From Mustelus asterias (Eukaryota): a stretch of DNA of 64,000 bases. Position numbers and translations under genes: made by a program. Every line of letters starts with the position of its first letter. The stretch's first letter is position 1. Positions 1 through 11,914 of the stretch are shown here, piece by piece. The DNA lies in the NCBI RefSeq assembly GCF_964213995.1, contig NW_027590154.1, forward strand, positions 930,001 to 994,000, read 5' to 3'. The notes beneath the pieces were generated by a model that saw only the letters and a list, made by a program, of their open reading frames with translations, was not told the origin of the DNA and did no database searches.

Positions 1-162
1 TGAAATAATAAAAGGCGTGAATGGCCAAAAGGCAGAGAAACTGAAATCAGAGGGCAGATTATTGTAGGTGGAGTTAAAAACGGGTGTCTAAATTTCCAAT
101 CCCGCCGCCCCCCCCCCCCCCCCCCACCCCACCTCCTCCGTTTCACAGAGTATACAACGAGA

Positions 163-666
163 ATGCAGCTCCTCAGCATACGTTGTGTGGGACGCATTCC
201 TTACAGGTAATTGCGGACCAAGCAGACTTCACCTTTTCTCTAATTTTCCACGCATATGTTAAATCAAATTTTAATCCGCAGCCCGTTTTATGTTTTTAAT
301 TCTAATATAACTTTTCAGATCAGGCTCATGGAGAGTTTGTCACTCAGCCTCTATCATCAGAGGTAAAGACAGATGGGGACGCGGTGATATTGACGTGTAA
401 CTATGAAACTACTGAAAGTGATTATGCATTGCACTGGAGCCAATAATACCCGGGTGCATAGCTCGAGTTCATGCTGTGGAGGAATACAAACAATGATGAA
501 TATAAAGCAGACTTTACTAAAAACCGTTTCTATGCCTCGCTAAAGATCACGATTAAATTCACCACTGTAACGATCTCGGGCCTGCAACTCACTGACGCTG
601 CTCTATATTATTGTGCTTTGTAAGTGTCACAATGATGAAAAGTAATCTCACCCCTGTGCAAAAGCT
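163..666 (+). pseudogene. TCR alpha/delta V pseudogene with 23-RSS
   Basis: Leader 163-206 is 44 nt, frameshifted relative to the 46-nt paralog at 17391. GT at 207, AG at 317-318. V exon reads DQAHGEFVTQP..VILTCNY..HWSQ*YPGA*LEF..LTDAALYYCAL*. RSS CACAATG(628-634)-23-GCAAAAGCT(658-666). Confidence 0.92.
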
Positions 667-1299
667 ATCTTTGGATAGTAGCTGGGAAATCCTGTGTGTT
701 AGAACTTGGGTGGAATCTTGGGCAGATGCAGCAACACTGAGCAACGACTCTATCAGAGGCTCAAACACACACCGAGAGGAAACCAAATTAACTTCGGACC
801 AAACTGTCACCTGGTTCCAGGAGCGGTGGAGAAAAGCAAACCACTGGACAGGCAGACTCAAAACAGAATCATAATTAATGACATCCGTTCTAACGCCACT
901 CTTACTATTTGCAGCTGCGTTAGTGTGATGAGTGCTGAGTTGGTAGTTAGTTAATCGCACCATCCCAAACTGAAATACAATTTCCCTACTTGAGAAATAA
1001 TTCTGTGATTGAAGATCAGAAGGTGGGAATGAAATGCTGGCCTGATAATGGTCAACAACAGTCAAAGAAATGGACAAGGAAAATATTCCAACATTGCGAG
1101 ATAGCAGGAAGGATAATGAAAACTGAGGGAAATCACAAATTCCGTTGGTTTTAAACACCCTTCATTAGCTTGTAAAATCTCCTGATTGTGTATAAACTGT
1201 GCCTGATACAGCAACATACTTTGATCAAAAATACTCTGTGAAAATAATGTGTCGGGTGGGGGTGGAGAATGTATTTAACTTCCAACCCATCTTCCTTCC

Positions 1300-2151
1300 A
1301 ACTCGCTGTTCAAGTTTGCGGCTGACACCACCGTAGTGGTTCGGGTCTCAAGCAATGATGAGACAGAGTACAGGAAAGGGATGGAGAATCTGGTAAACTG
1401 TTGCAACGGCAATAACCTCTCCCACAATGTCAACAAGACGAAGTAGAGAGTCGTCGACTTCAGGAAGCGTAGTGGCGAACATGCCTCTGCCTACACAAAC
1501 GGGGACGAAGTGGAAATGGTGGAGAGTTTCAAGTTACTCGATGTCCAGATCACCAACAACCTGCCCTGGTTCCCCCATGCAGACACTATAGTAAAGAATG
1601 CCTCTACTTTCTCAGAAGGCGAAGGAAATTTGCCATGTCTGATCCGACTCTCACAAACGTTTACAGATACTCCATAGAAAACATTTTTTCTGGTTGTATT
1701 AGGGCTTGGTAACTCTCCTCCCAAGACCAAGACCGCAAAAAGCTACAAAGAATTGTGAATGAAGCCGAGCCCAACACTCAAACCAGCCTCCCACCCATTG
1801 ACTCTCTGAATTTCCCGCTGCCTTGGGAAAGCAGCCAGTATATTCAAGGACCCCACGCACCAGAGATATTCAGTCTTCCACCTTATTTGATTGGGAAAAT
1901 GATACAGACGTCTGAGGGCAAGTACCAATTGACTCAAGAACAGCTTCTTCCTTGCTGCCATCAGACTTCTAAATGGACCTACCTCATATTAAGTTGATCT
2001 TTCTCTACACCCTAGCTATGACTGTAACACTATATTCTGCACTCTCTCATTTCCTTCTCTATCAACGGTACGCTTTGTCTATATAGCACGCAAGAAAAAT
2101 ACTTTTCTCTGTATGCTCATACATGTGACAATAATAAACCAAATCAAATCA
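1300..2151 (+). mobile_element. Decayed 3' fragment of a Rex1/Babar-like LINE
   Basis: Degenerate RT C-terminus (KFAADTTVV..SSNDETEYR..NVNKTK..VDFRKRSG..), followed by a 3' UTR ending in AATAAACCAAATCAAATCA. Confidence 0.75.
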
Positions 2152-3296
2152 CTTCATCATTATTCATTTGGATTTCAGGCCTTAATTCAGGCAATAGAAT
2201 ACAATTTAGCCACGTTTGTGAGGAAAACTTATTAAGTAACCGAAGTTACACGTAGAATCCAACAGTTAGTGGAAGAATGGATGTCAATACCGAAGGAGGT
2301 TTTGAATTATGATAAGGATGAGGGGTGATGCGGATCAATTCCCATAATGCTGCCTGATACTGCTGTTCTCCGGCTCTAGACTCCTCAGTCCGAGTGGAAA
2401 TACATGTCCCACACCAATGCACAACTGTTCGAAAGACAGAGACAGCAACCTCTCCAATAACACAGGTCAGGGAGGACAGAACAAAACGAGAACAACAAAC
2501 TGAAGTTATTGGCAGAGGAGCCAAAGAGGGATGAAGAGAGATATATATTTTAAAAATGTGTTTCTTGACGTTGACTTTCTTTTGAAATATAGTTTCCAGA
2601 TGCTTATCGCTGGGGGGATGGACAACGGATTCATTTTATTCAGCACTGTATCCCAAACCATCACTGCGACCACACCAAAAAATCAACTCAGAGGTTCAAG
2701 TTCAAAAATTGATAACATAAAATGGCATTTTTTCTGCATCACCCAGAAGAGGAAGATAGTACCCACAGGCCATACATTACACAAAAAATGAAAACAATTG
2801 CATGATGCAACAGATGAATTACGAAGAATTGTGGCCGCTTAGATCAGCGAGGACCAAATTGGTCAGTCAGTGTTGTGCATTCCCAAATGCTGATTGTCAT
2901 GTTTTGCGTGCTATTCGTTTCCTGTCATGGTGAAGTGTTTCTAGAATTGCTATCTTCTCTGTTTTATTCTGCTATCACCGCCTCACAGCACCTCTTCTCC
3001 AACTCTCGTACATAGCGAGCACACAAAACGCTATGAAAAATATTGTAGCTGAAAATATCGAGGTTCACGGTCATCCCGAAAAAGTAATATTTTGGCGAAG
3101 TCTTAGACCGATAGCTTTTTGAATTCCCTTGTTGAGTCAATGATTGAACAGGCTCATCATATCCGTCTTTCACCTTGCTTCACTACATTGCAATACATGA
3201 CAGTGTCTGCAAACTGAATCATACTGACAATTAGATTGCTGGAACCTATATTACCACCCACAGGTGCTTGAAACATTCCCCCCCCCCCAATATTTT

Positions 3297-3875
3297 CATA
3301 GAATCATAGAACCCTACAGCACAGAAAGAGGCCATTCGGCCCATCGAGTCTGCACCGACCACAATCCCACCCAGGCCCTACCCCCATATCCCTACATATT
3401 TACCCACGAATCCCTCTAACCTACGCATCTCAGGACACTAAGGGCAATTTTAGCATGGCCAATCAACCTAACCCGCACATCTTTGGAGTGTCAACCTGCA
3501 TATTGTATATGAAAATATTATAGAATCCCTCCAGTGCAGAAGGAAGCCATTCGGACAATCAAGTCTCCACCAACCTTCTGACAGAATGTCTTACACAGGC
3601 CCTCGCCCCCAAACTATCCCCGTAACCCCACACATTCAGCATGTCTAATCCATCTAACTACTCATCTTGGGACCCGAAGAGACTTTTTGTTATCATGGCC
3701 AATCCACCTGACTTGCACATCTTTGGACAGTGGGAGAAAATCGGAGCAACCGGAAGAAACCCACCCAGACACGGGAAGGATGCGCAAAATCTGCACAGAC
3801 AATCACCCAAGGCCAGACGCGAATCCAAGTCCCGGGTACTATTAAGCAGCAGGGTTAACCACTGTGGGACCATGG
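3297..3875 (-). mobile_element. Two adjacent HE1-like tRNA-derived SINE copies or fragments
   Basis: CATAGAAT-type tails at ~3297 and ~3518. The bodies match the reverse complement of the SINE at 58394-58711. Confidence 0.8.
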
Positions 3876-5331
3876 CATCCTCTGGAGATGCTCGCAAGAC
3901 ACATAAAAACAATTATTCATGTTCGCAAATATACACCACCTGCCTCTTCACGACTCTTCACATGCACGTGGCCATGAACGTTCAAGGTATTATTTGAACT
4001 TAAATTCGAATTATGCTCATTTGACATTTTAATCATTTGGGCCACACGAGGCAGTTTGGTGAAGTAACTCTGGAAATCTTTAATACTTTGTGGATACCTA
4101 TTAAATACAGGGCGGGACTTAGCTAGCGTGCTAAGGCTAGTTTGTCCTTGGGCGCAGGTTGACACTCAGTCTCTCTCTTCCCGTAACCTCAGCTTTCCTT
4201 TGGACAGCAGTCACTTGCTGCAGAAAGTGCTCAGTGAAAGTTTATGCCGATTAACTCATTCCAAGGTAGAACCCACAGGTGACCAATGAAGTTATTGCAT
4301 CACAATTAGCCTAGGTTGGCAGGGGCTAATTCTTAATTGCCCGACGGGGTGCGTTAGCAATTTGTGATTGGTCTGGGTGGGCAGTTAGCAATTGGGTTCT
4401 CGATGGTGATGGTTGTCTATTAATGCAATTTCTCATTGTGCCCTGACTGGCCCTCTAAGTATTAATTACTCGTGGAACCATCCCTCTCATGAACAGAATG
4501 TTCCCTTGCCCTTTTGTTAAGGATGCGGGAAATTTGCTGTCTTGTCGCCATGATTGATATCTTGAGCTGATCGTCTCAAAACCTCATTTAATTGATTTGC
4601 GTCAGACCCCTTTCAGCGACTCTATGTTTTGAATTTCGATGTTACTTTTCTCTATGATTTCGTGAAATAAGTTTCTTTACGTTTAAAACAAAAAATATGA
4701 AATGGTAAATTTGCTTATATCCTTAAATGCAATGAAGATATTTACAAATTACAAATATAAAATATATTGCTATTTATAGTATGTAAATGAGTGTACTTTT
4801 CATGTCTGCATTTACTAGATATAACACAGCAAGCAATATCTCATAATATTGAGTCAGGGAATGTCTCATTGATCTACAGGAAGTCATTAAAACTGGACCT
4901 TAGCAACGTGTTTTTGATCAGACAACTACTTTCCAAATGATGCTTGTGTCGCTTCAATCGGTGCTTGGTCTGAGTTCATTAAAAAATCAGAATTGCTTTG
5001 TAACATTACAAAGTTACGCAAGTTACACTAACTCTAACCAAAATACATATCAACGCTTGAAAGTGATTGGTCTGCTAAACATAGTACAGTACATTCAACT
5101 CACAGATATCAAAACTTAAAAGAATGACAGCGTTTTAAATTCTAAACTTGAAAAAAAACAAAGAGTTACATGGTGTGAAATAAAGTGACTTGCCTTAAAC
5201 ATGACGAGTTAAACTGCACTAAATCAATGCACAAAACTGAATGTTTTTTTTAAATTTTAAGGCCACCAGTTCTTTACCTTGTGTCAAGTTTGAGTGCGAA
5301 GCGACAACCAAGTCATGTGCAGTCACCTTTT

Positions 5332-7850
5332 CTATTGTTTAAAGTAACCAGTGATAATGGAGAAGGGACACAGAAGCACCTTCTTCAGCTCCCCTCGGAA
5401 TTTGGTCTGGGCCACAGAGTAGATGAAGACGTTATTGCAGGAACTGAGTAATTGAAGCATGTTGGTCGTCTCCTGAAAGATGTATTCTGGGTCATTGAAA
5501 TCTAAGCTGTTGAAGTAGCTCTCGCCTGTAATCTGCACATAGAGGAAATGTCCGAAGTAAGTCACCCACATGACGAGGAAGCTGAGGGAGATGGCAAAGA
5601 GCAGGACAATTGACTTCTTGCGGTTGGCCATCTCAGGGTCTTCCTGACTTTCGGAGCTCCGGAGCAGCCTTCGGGCTCTGCTCGCAGCTAAGATGTGTCT
5701 TACAGTCAGAGCGTTGAGCAAAAGGATGAGGATGAACGGGAGAAAAGGGGTTAAGACATGATCCAGCCAGTCAAAGGCCTGCCACGTCGGCGAGGCACTG
5801 AAGCTGGTCTTGATATCACAGAACCAGGCCACCCCATCCATGGTGAATAATGGTTGGTAGGTGAAATAGAATGGAATGTTCTTGATGCAGCTGAGGGCAC
5901 AGACTATGCCGATAACCAACAAGGCCGTTTTCTCTGTGCAGTATCTTATTTTCAGGTTCTGCCAGCAGATGGCCACATAACGATCAATGGTGAAAGCCAC
6001 TGTCAGCCAGACTGATCCATCCAGGCTGATAGAACCCAGAATCATGGTGTGCGCGCATGTTCGGTGAGTGAAAAGCACACTGTAGCCAAAGTAGATCCGT
6101 CCAATCCGGTTCAGGATGACACCAGTGATGATGACAAAGAAATCACTAACTGCTATCGCTACCAGATAGTAGGTGATGCACCGGGAGAGTCCACACCGAC
6201 CTCGGGATAAGATTATAATCGCCAAAACGTTGGCTGTGAGAGATAAGAAGAGAGAGATGTTGCTGAGCAGACGACAAGTTCGATGTGCTTACTAATGCAA
6301 TTGGTTATCAAATCCTTCCTGATCCGTCTCTTTGTTACCTCGAGACTCGGACTATTCGGAACTATTTTGTAATTTTTCAAAATTTAGCACTGGATTAAAC
6401 ATTTCCAAAACAGGAGACATTTCTATCAGTCCCAGTCCGAACTCCAATCTCTTGTCAGTGTGCCAATGCCCAGAGCTCGCTACCCAACAGGGCAGGCGAT
6501 GGCCTATTATTGTTAGAAATTCATGTAGAAATGTAACTAAAGATCTGGGGACCTGAGTTCGAATCCCCACAGGGAAGATGGTGGCATTTGAAATCAGTGT
6601 TAAAGTAATCTGGAATTAAGAATATACTTATTGCCATGAAACAATTATTGTTTGTTGGAAAAAAAATCTGGTTCACTAATGTCCTTAGGAAAGGAAATCT
6701 GCTGTCCTTATCTGGTCTGGCCTACATGTAACACCTAAGCCACAACAGCGTGTTCAGCTCTCAACTGCGTTCTGAAATGGCCTATCAAGCCACTCAGTTC
6801 ATGTGCGACTAAGGGTGGGTAATAAATGCTGACTAGCCAACGACGCCATGTCCCACGAATGAATTTTTTTAAAAACTTAAACTCGTCCAAAATACGCGCG
6901 TCAAACCTCGTATCTCTTGCAAGATGATTTTCATTGGCCTCATTTGTAAATCTCCCTTTCATTAATCTTTTGCTTTGAATATTAAATACCTCCACTCTCT
7001 CACCATCCCACCGCTACAACTATCTGAGATCACAGCATTTCTCCAATCATATATTTTGTATGTCCCCTCATATTAATCCCTCCATCGGTGATGGTTATTC
7101 CTTTCTTCAATTTTCTACATGCTATTTGGAATACGACGTTAACAATGGAGTCTGCCCGGTGGGATCTCACTGCACTGAAACCATTGCATCCTTCTAGCAA
7201 TCGCACAGTCAATTCATGTGATCACTGAATGCATCTTTTTTTTCCACAATTCATGTACTAGATGGTTGAACTGTGATAATTTATTCCCCACACTGCAATA
7301 ATATCAGTGCTCGAAAATGTAAGTTGCTACATTGCCAAAGCTCATATTCATGGTAAGATCCGTTGCTCCGAATTTTTCATAGTAACTTCGTTGCAGTGTT
7401 AATGTAGGCCTATGTGACAATAATGAATAAACTTGAACTTTAAATTTTAAATAACACTAAAACAGTAGGTTACATTTAGTAAATTAGAATAAAAGCCAAA
7501 TTTCAACAATAAAATAAATCAGTGTTCATACAAAGTCATACACTTCAGCTAGTGATTTAATAAATGGTATTTCTATGAATGTGCAGCTAAATAAATAAAA
7601 TGCTATATTGTAAGCTTCATAGTGTAAGTGCAACGAATGCACGGTAATTCATCATAAACGCGGTTGAAAGCACAGACGGTGCAGAAAATTAGAAAAAATA
7701 AGCTCGATTCTTAAAGAAGAGAAAAAAGAAATGTGTAGATTCAGAGAAAATAAATAATGTGATTTGGATTCATTACTTACCAGGGGCACCAATAACAGCG
7801 AGAATGGGATAGGAAATGGCAAAGAAGAGTCCATTCGCTGGCCCGTGCAT
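5332..7850 (-). CDS. Two-exon class A GPCR of the chondrichthyan GPR139-like family, 323 aa, intact; join(7850..7781, 6233..5332)
   Basis: Exon 1 MHGPANGLFFAISYPILAVIGAP ends at a phase-1 GTAAGT donor. A polypyrimidine-CAG acceptor at 6235-6234 opens exon 2 (ANVLAIIILSRGRCGLS..SVWLTVAFTIDRYVAIC..SSCNNVFIY). The spliced CDS is 972 nt, in frame, with 7 hydrophobic segments and a DRY motif. Confidence 0.92.
6480..6870 (+). mobile_element. tRNA-head SINE (second family) in the GPCR intron
   Basis: B-box-like GAGTTCGAATCC at ~6556 and tail ..GTCCCACGAATGAA. Related copies lie on the minus strand at ~26880-27225 and ~58970-59295. Confidence 0.7.
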
Positions 7851-9520
7851 TGTCTATCAGAAACTAACGGAATTAGCAAAGCGAAGGTCATTCGATCTGC
7901 GACACATTCAAGGTGTCTCTCACTTATTCTGACTGAACGTCTCCGGAGGGACCATTACATTGCAACATACACGTCAGTTACAGTTCACCAAACAAACAGA
8001 TGAAATCACAGTGTCATGCCTTCCATTTGTAACTTGCACAAGGGGGATGATTACATTTTATTCATGGATGAACTGATGGCTGCGAACTTGTGGTCCAGCC
8101 ACCCAGCCCCACCACAAGCCATGCCTTTCTGTCTTCCTCAGGGAGAAATGCTGGTGTTAGATATTTCCAACTCTGCCAACTTCCCAATCATTTCCTGCTT
8201 TCAGGTGTCAGGTTATGTCACGTGTGTGGTTTACTGGTAAGCATTTCAGTATTCCAGTCTTCAGTTTCATCTAAAAATGTTAACGATTTAATACTGAACT
8301 GTTTGAAAACTATTTTAGCTAACGGGGGCAGACAACTGAGCTGGAGACGATTGCATTAAAATCCTGGGCCATTTTGAAGGTTCAGAATTCTTCATTGGTA
8401 CTGCTAAACTGCAAATGCAGGAAGGACCTTAAGGTACTCCGGATCAGAATTTCTGATGCAGCAACAATTGGTATAAGATAAACAGATATATATATTTTAG
8501 GTGAAATAAAAACTGAGGCATGGCAAGCGAATATCAAACCATGCGTAGTGGCAACTGAGACGCTGGCAATTAAATGTAGAAAGATACACGCTCTGGGGTG
8601 ACAATAAAGGAAGAAACCAAATGCGACGTGCACAGCGAAAGGAGTAAAATGATATTTAGTTTCGTACAGTAGCAATTAATCGGACCTATTTTAATACAAA
8701 CTGAGATATACGTCGAATTCAGCAAGTAAGGTGTGGTCTTGTAGGCCTGACCTACTGAAACGGAGGTACGACCTAATGTTGTAAAGACTGACGAGGTCAC
8801 TATAGTTAATTCCTGGGCATGACACGGAACAGTGCAGTGAAAATAGGGACAAGGCCAACGCAATGCACAATGATATGTCGTCTCGTGCAATAATAACTGG
8901 GACGAGGCCGAGTCAATGTGATGTGAACGGAGACCTAGCTTACGTAAGAAGATGCATGATCCAGAGTAATATAAACAGCGATGAAGTCAAGTCAAAGAAT
9001 GAACGGCGACATGTTCTAGAGTAGTACTAAGTAACAACCTCTAGTGTAATTGAAACAAAGGGATAGACTGGTGCAGTGACAACGGGGAAAGTGAAAACAT
9101 AATGAAAACAGATAGAGGATCAACTTCGTTAACAGTTGTGATCGAGTTAATTGTCGTCCAGGTATAGATTGGAACTTGTGCAGTAATTTCTTGAATAGGT
9201 GACTGATGTATTAAGGCAGCATGCCATGGACGTGCATAATGATAAACAAGGTTTTCTGAAACTGAGGCAGAGCTAGTGTAATAATCACGGGACCAGAGAC
9301 GAGTAGAATAAAAAAAGTCTATAGAAACGTGGAATTAATGTGATGATGACATTAATATGATATTAGTACCAGGAGACAGGTACCAATGAAATCATGATGA
9401 AGGCTCGATCAACACTAACGGAGGCAGAGAGCTTAGTGTCATAATCAAGAAGGGGAATGCACAATAATAATCAGAGGGTTTGTGAAATGCTAACAGAGGT
9501 TCAAATTCCAAATCCAACTT

Positions 9521-9911
9521 TCAGCACCCGATTGTCCTTCTAGGAAAGGGGTGCCGATAAAGAGTTACGTTTTCTGAGAAGTGCTATGCTGAGCTGTAAA
9601 TTGTTCGGCAGGGAAACCAGTTAGTTAAAATGTGAGAGCAACAATTGTTTTTTTGCCTTGTACTGCAACAATAATCAACCTGGATTGTTGAATGTCAGGA
9701 CTCCAGCAATAGAATGAATCTATTCAAAGAAAGTGTCATTATAATGAGATTTATGCATTTGGATGGACAGAAGGACATTGCAGATATTCTGCTGTGCGGG
9801 GAGATGGATCACGACATACGGCTTGTATCTGTGAAGTGCGGTCAGGAGTTTTTCTGTGACTTACGGACGATCATGCTAGTGTACCGTACAATCAGCCAAT
9901 TTGTGTGAAGT
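9521..9911 (+). repeat. Local diverged duplication; partner at ~10909-11581 is split by a SINE
   Basis: GGGTG(T)CCGATAAAGAGTTA..CTGTAAATTGTTCGGCAGG..GACTTACGGACGATCATGCT..TGTGTGAAGT is shared with 11222-11581. 9521-9548 resembles ~10909-10937. Confidence 0.85.
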
Positions 9912-10031
9912 ATTGTGGTTACGAAGTCCCCTCTTGGTCTTTGTTGCTGTCTGCATGGCAGCCTATAATATTTAAGAGACACTTCCTACTGATTCTGTTA
10001 TTTCCTGGAGCCTCTAACCGCAGCCACAGGG

Positions 10032-10561
10032 TTTATTGATCAGAGAGTGTTGCTGGATTGGAGAATCGTAACAGACAACGAACGGTTTTTATAAGTTATA
10101 AGTTCATGGGCTTGATCTTCAAAACGAGCCCCATGTACAGAGCTCCCACAATCTTCATTGTCCTTCCTAGAGTTGGTTCATTCTCTGTCACTGCGGACAG
10201 TAACTCTGGATGTGGCAGAACTGAAAAATAATAAGTACTAAATGTAAACATTCTTTTAAATACAAAGCACAGGTTGTGCTGGTACAGGGAACATGTGTTT
10301 AAATGAGAGAGTTCACTCTGCGAGGATATTTTCAGTAGGGTGTATCATGTTGTAAATGGATCATCAGTTGCTGGATTGAGGGAAGCTGTCGGGTCGAAGG
10401 CTCCGGCATTCTGATCCGGCCGAGGTCCCGCCAACGCGTTCAGAGTGTTGGTAAACATAATCCCGGCAGAATTGAAAAAAAGCGTGAAAGAATACCTCAG
10501 ATAACAGCACATGATCCGGCCTCCCAACTCCTTACAGTTGGGGAAAGGAGGAGGACAGTTC
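10032..10561 (-). pseudogene. Possible decayed antigen-receptor C1 exon plus TM/cytoplasmic exon
   Basis: Exon-like 10561-10317 (GTVLLLSPT..GSCAVI*GILSRFF..) ends at a GTGAAC donor, followed by a 96-nt intron and a TTTTTCAG acceptor at 10222-10221. The next exon reads ..TMKIVGALYMGLVLK.., with AATAAA at 10037-10032. Similarity judged by eye only. Confidence 0.3.
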
Positions 10562-10754
10562 CAGTGACAGAAAAACGCTCCCACCATCCCCTCCTCAACA
10601 GACTCAGGTGTGCGGGGAATTCAGATCCGGATTACAGATCCATAGAGGCGATCGATATCTTTAGTTCCTTCTTTTAACATGAGTTATTTTCACAACACAT
10701 AACCAGAGACCGTGGATGCATGAGGAACATCCAACGCTGTCGTGCACACTGGAT

Positions 10755-10895
10755 AAAAGCAAGTCACTGCGGATGCTGGAATCGAAACCAAAAGAGAAAA
10801 TGCTGGAAAATCTCAGCAGGTCTGGCAGAATCTTAAGGAGAGAAAAGAGTTGAAGTTTCGAGTCCACATGATCCTTTGACAAAGATTTGTCAAAG
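10755..10895. mobile_element. Short interspersed repeat remnant, tentatively a Penelope-like element terminus; related copy at ~35815-35930
   Basis: AAAATGCTGGAAAATC(T/A)CAGCAGGTCTG..GGAGAGAAAAGAG..GTTTCGAGTCCA is shared between both sites. Confidence 0.5.
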
Positions 10896-10937
10896 TTCCA
10901 TTGCAACCGTCAGCACCAGATTTTCCTTCTGAGAAAA

Positions 10938-11220
10938 AGTAAAGTTTATTTATTAGTCACAAGTAAGGCTTACACTAACACTGCAATTAAGTTACTGTGA
11001 AATTCCCCCAGTCGCCACAGTCCAGCGCCTGTTCGGGTCAATGCACCTAACCAGCAAATCATTCATACTGTGGGAAGAAACCAGAGCACCCGGAGGAAAC
11101 CCCCGCAGACATGGGGAGAACGTGCAAACTCCACACAGACAGTGACCCAAGCCAGAAATCGAACCAGCGTTCCCAGCGCTGTGCAGCAACAGTGCTAACA
11201 CTGTGTTACCGTGCCGCCCA
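10938..11220 (-). mobile_element. tRNA-head SINE with HE1-like head and a different (Rex-like) tail
   Basis: Minus strand starts GGGCGGCACGGTAACACAGTGTTAGCACTG..GGTTCGATT and ends TGTGACTAATAAATAAACTTT. It interrupts the local duplication. Confidence 0.8.
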
Positions 11221-11914
11221 AGGGTGCCCATAAAGAGTTAAGTTTTCTGATGAGTTCTATGCTGATCTGTAAATTGTTCGGCAGGAAAGCCAGTGAGTTA
11301 AAATGTGAGATCAACATTTTTTACCTGGTGCTGCAACAATGACCAACTTGGATTTTTGAATGTTAGGACCCCAGCAATAAAAAGAAATCTAATCAAATGA
11401 AATGGTATTATAATGGGAGTTTTGCATTTGGATGGACAGTGGGACATTGCGGATATTCTGCTGTGCTGGGAGCTGGAACAGAACAGCGGGCTTGTGTCTG
11501 TGAAGTGCGGCCAAACGTTTTTCTATGACTTACGGACGATCATGCTCGTTTACCGTGCAATCAGTCAATGTGTGTGAAGTGGACACTGCCCTCTACAAAG
11601 CAACTCCAAGGGAGATAAGGTTAAGCATTGACAAACCGTGGGTCAGAACATCCGGTGGGGTCACGGGAAGAGTTTCTGGGTTTGGGAGCTTCGAGGCAGC
11701 AACAGCTGCGGAGCTTCAACTGCATGTTCACTCTTCCTGCAACTTTTAAATCCTCAAATGTCCTTTTTAGAAGTTGGGTGTGGCCCAATTTACCGTGGTG
11801 AGGGCCTCATCTAAATATTTTGGTCCACTTCTGAGATCCAGTCTCCCTGATCAGTCCAGCTCTGCTGCCTTCATCTCCCTGTCATATAAACCTTCAGCTC
11901 CAGGGAGCAGAGCG

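Noticed and set aside
589-1158. 189-aa minus ORF and the many other 60-130 aa ORFs in the track
   Set aside because: Antisense or alternate-frame products of V segments, LINEs and SINEs with no recognisable domains.
3930-4620. Possible solo LTR remnant
   Set aside because: No identifiable TG..CA ends, target-site duplication or independent second copy.
8440-9480. Purine-rich region with recurring GTGCAGTGA/CTAGTGTAAT words
   Set aside because: Too degenerate to define a repeat unit or coding frame by eye.
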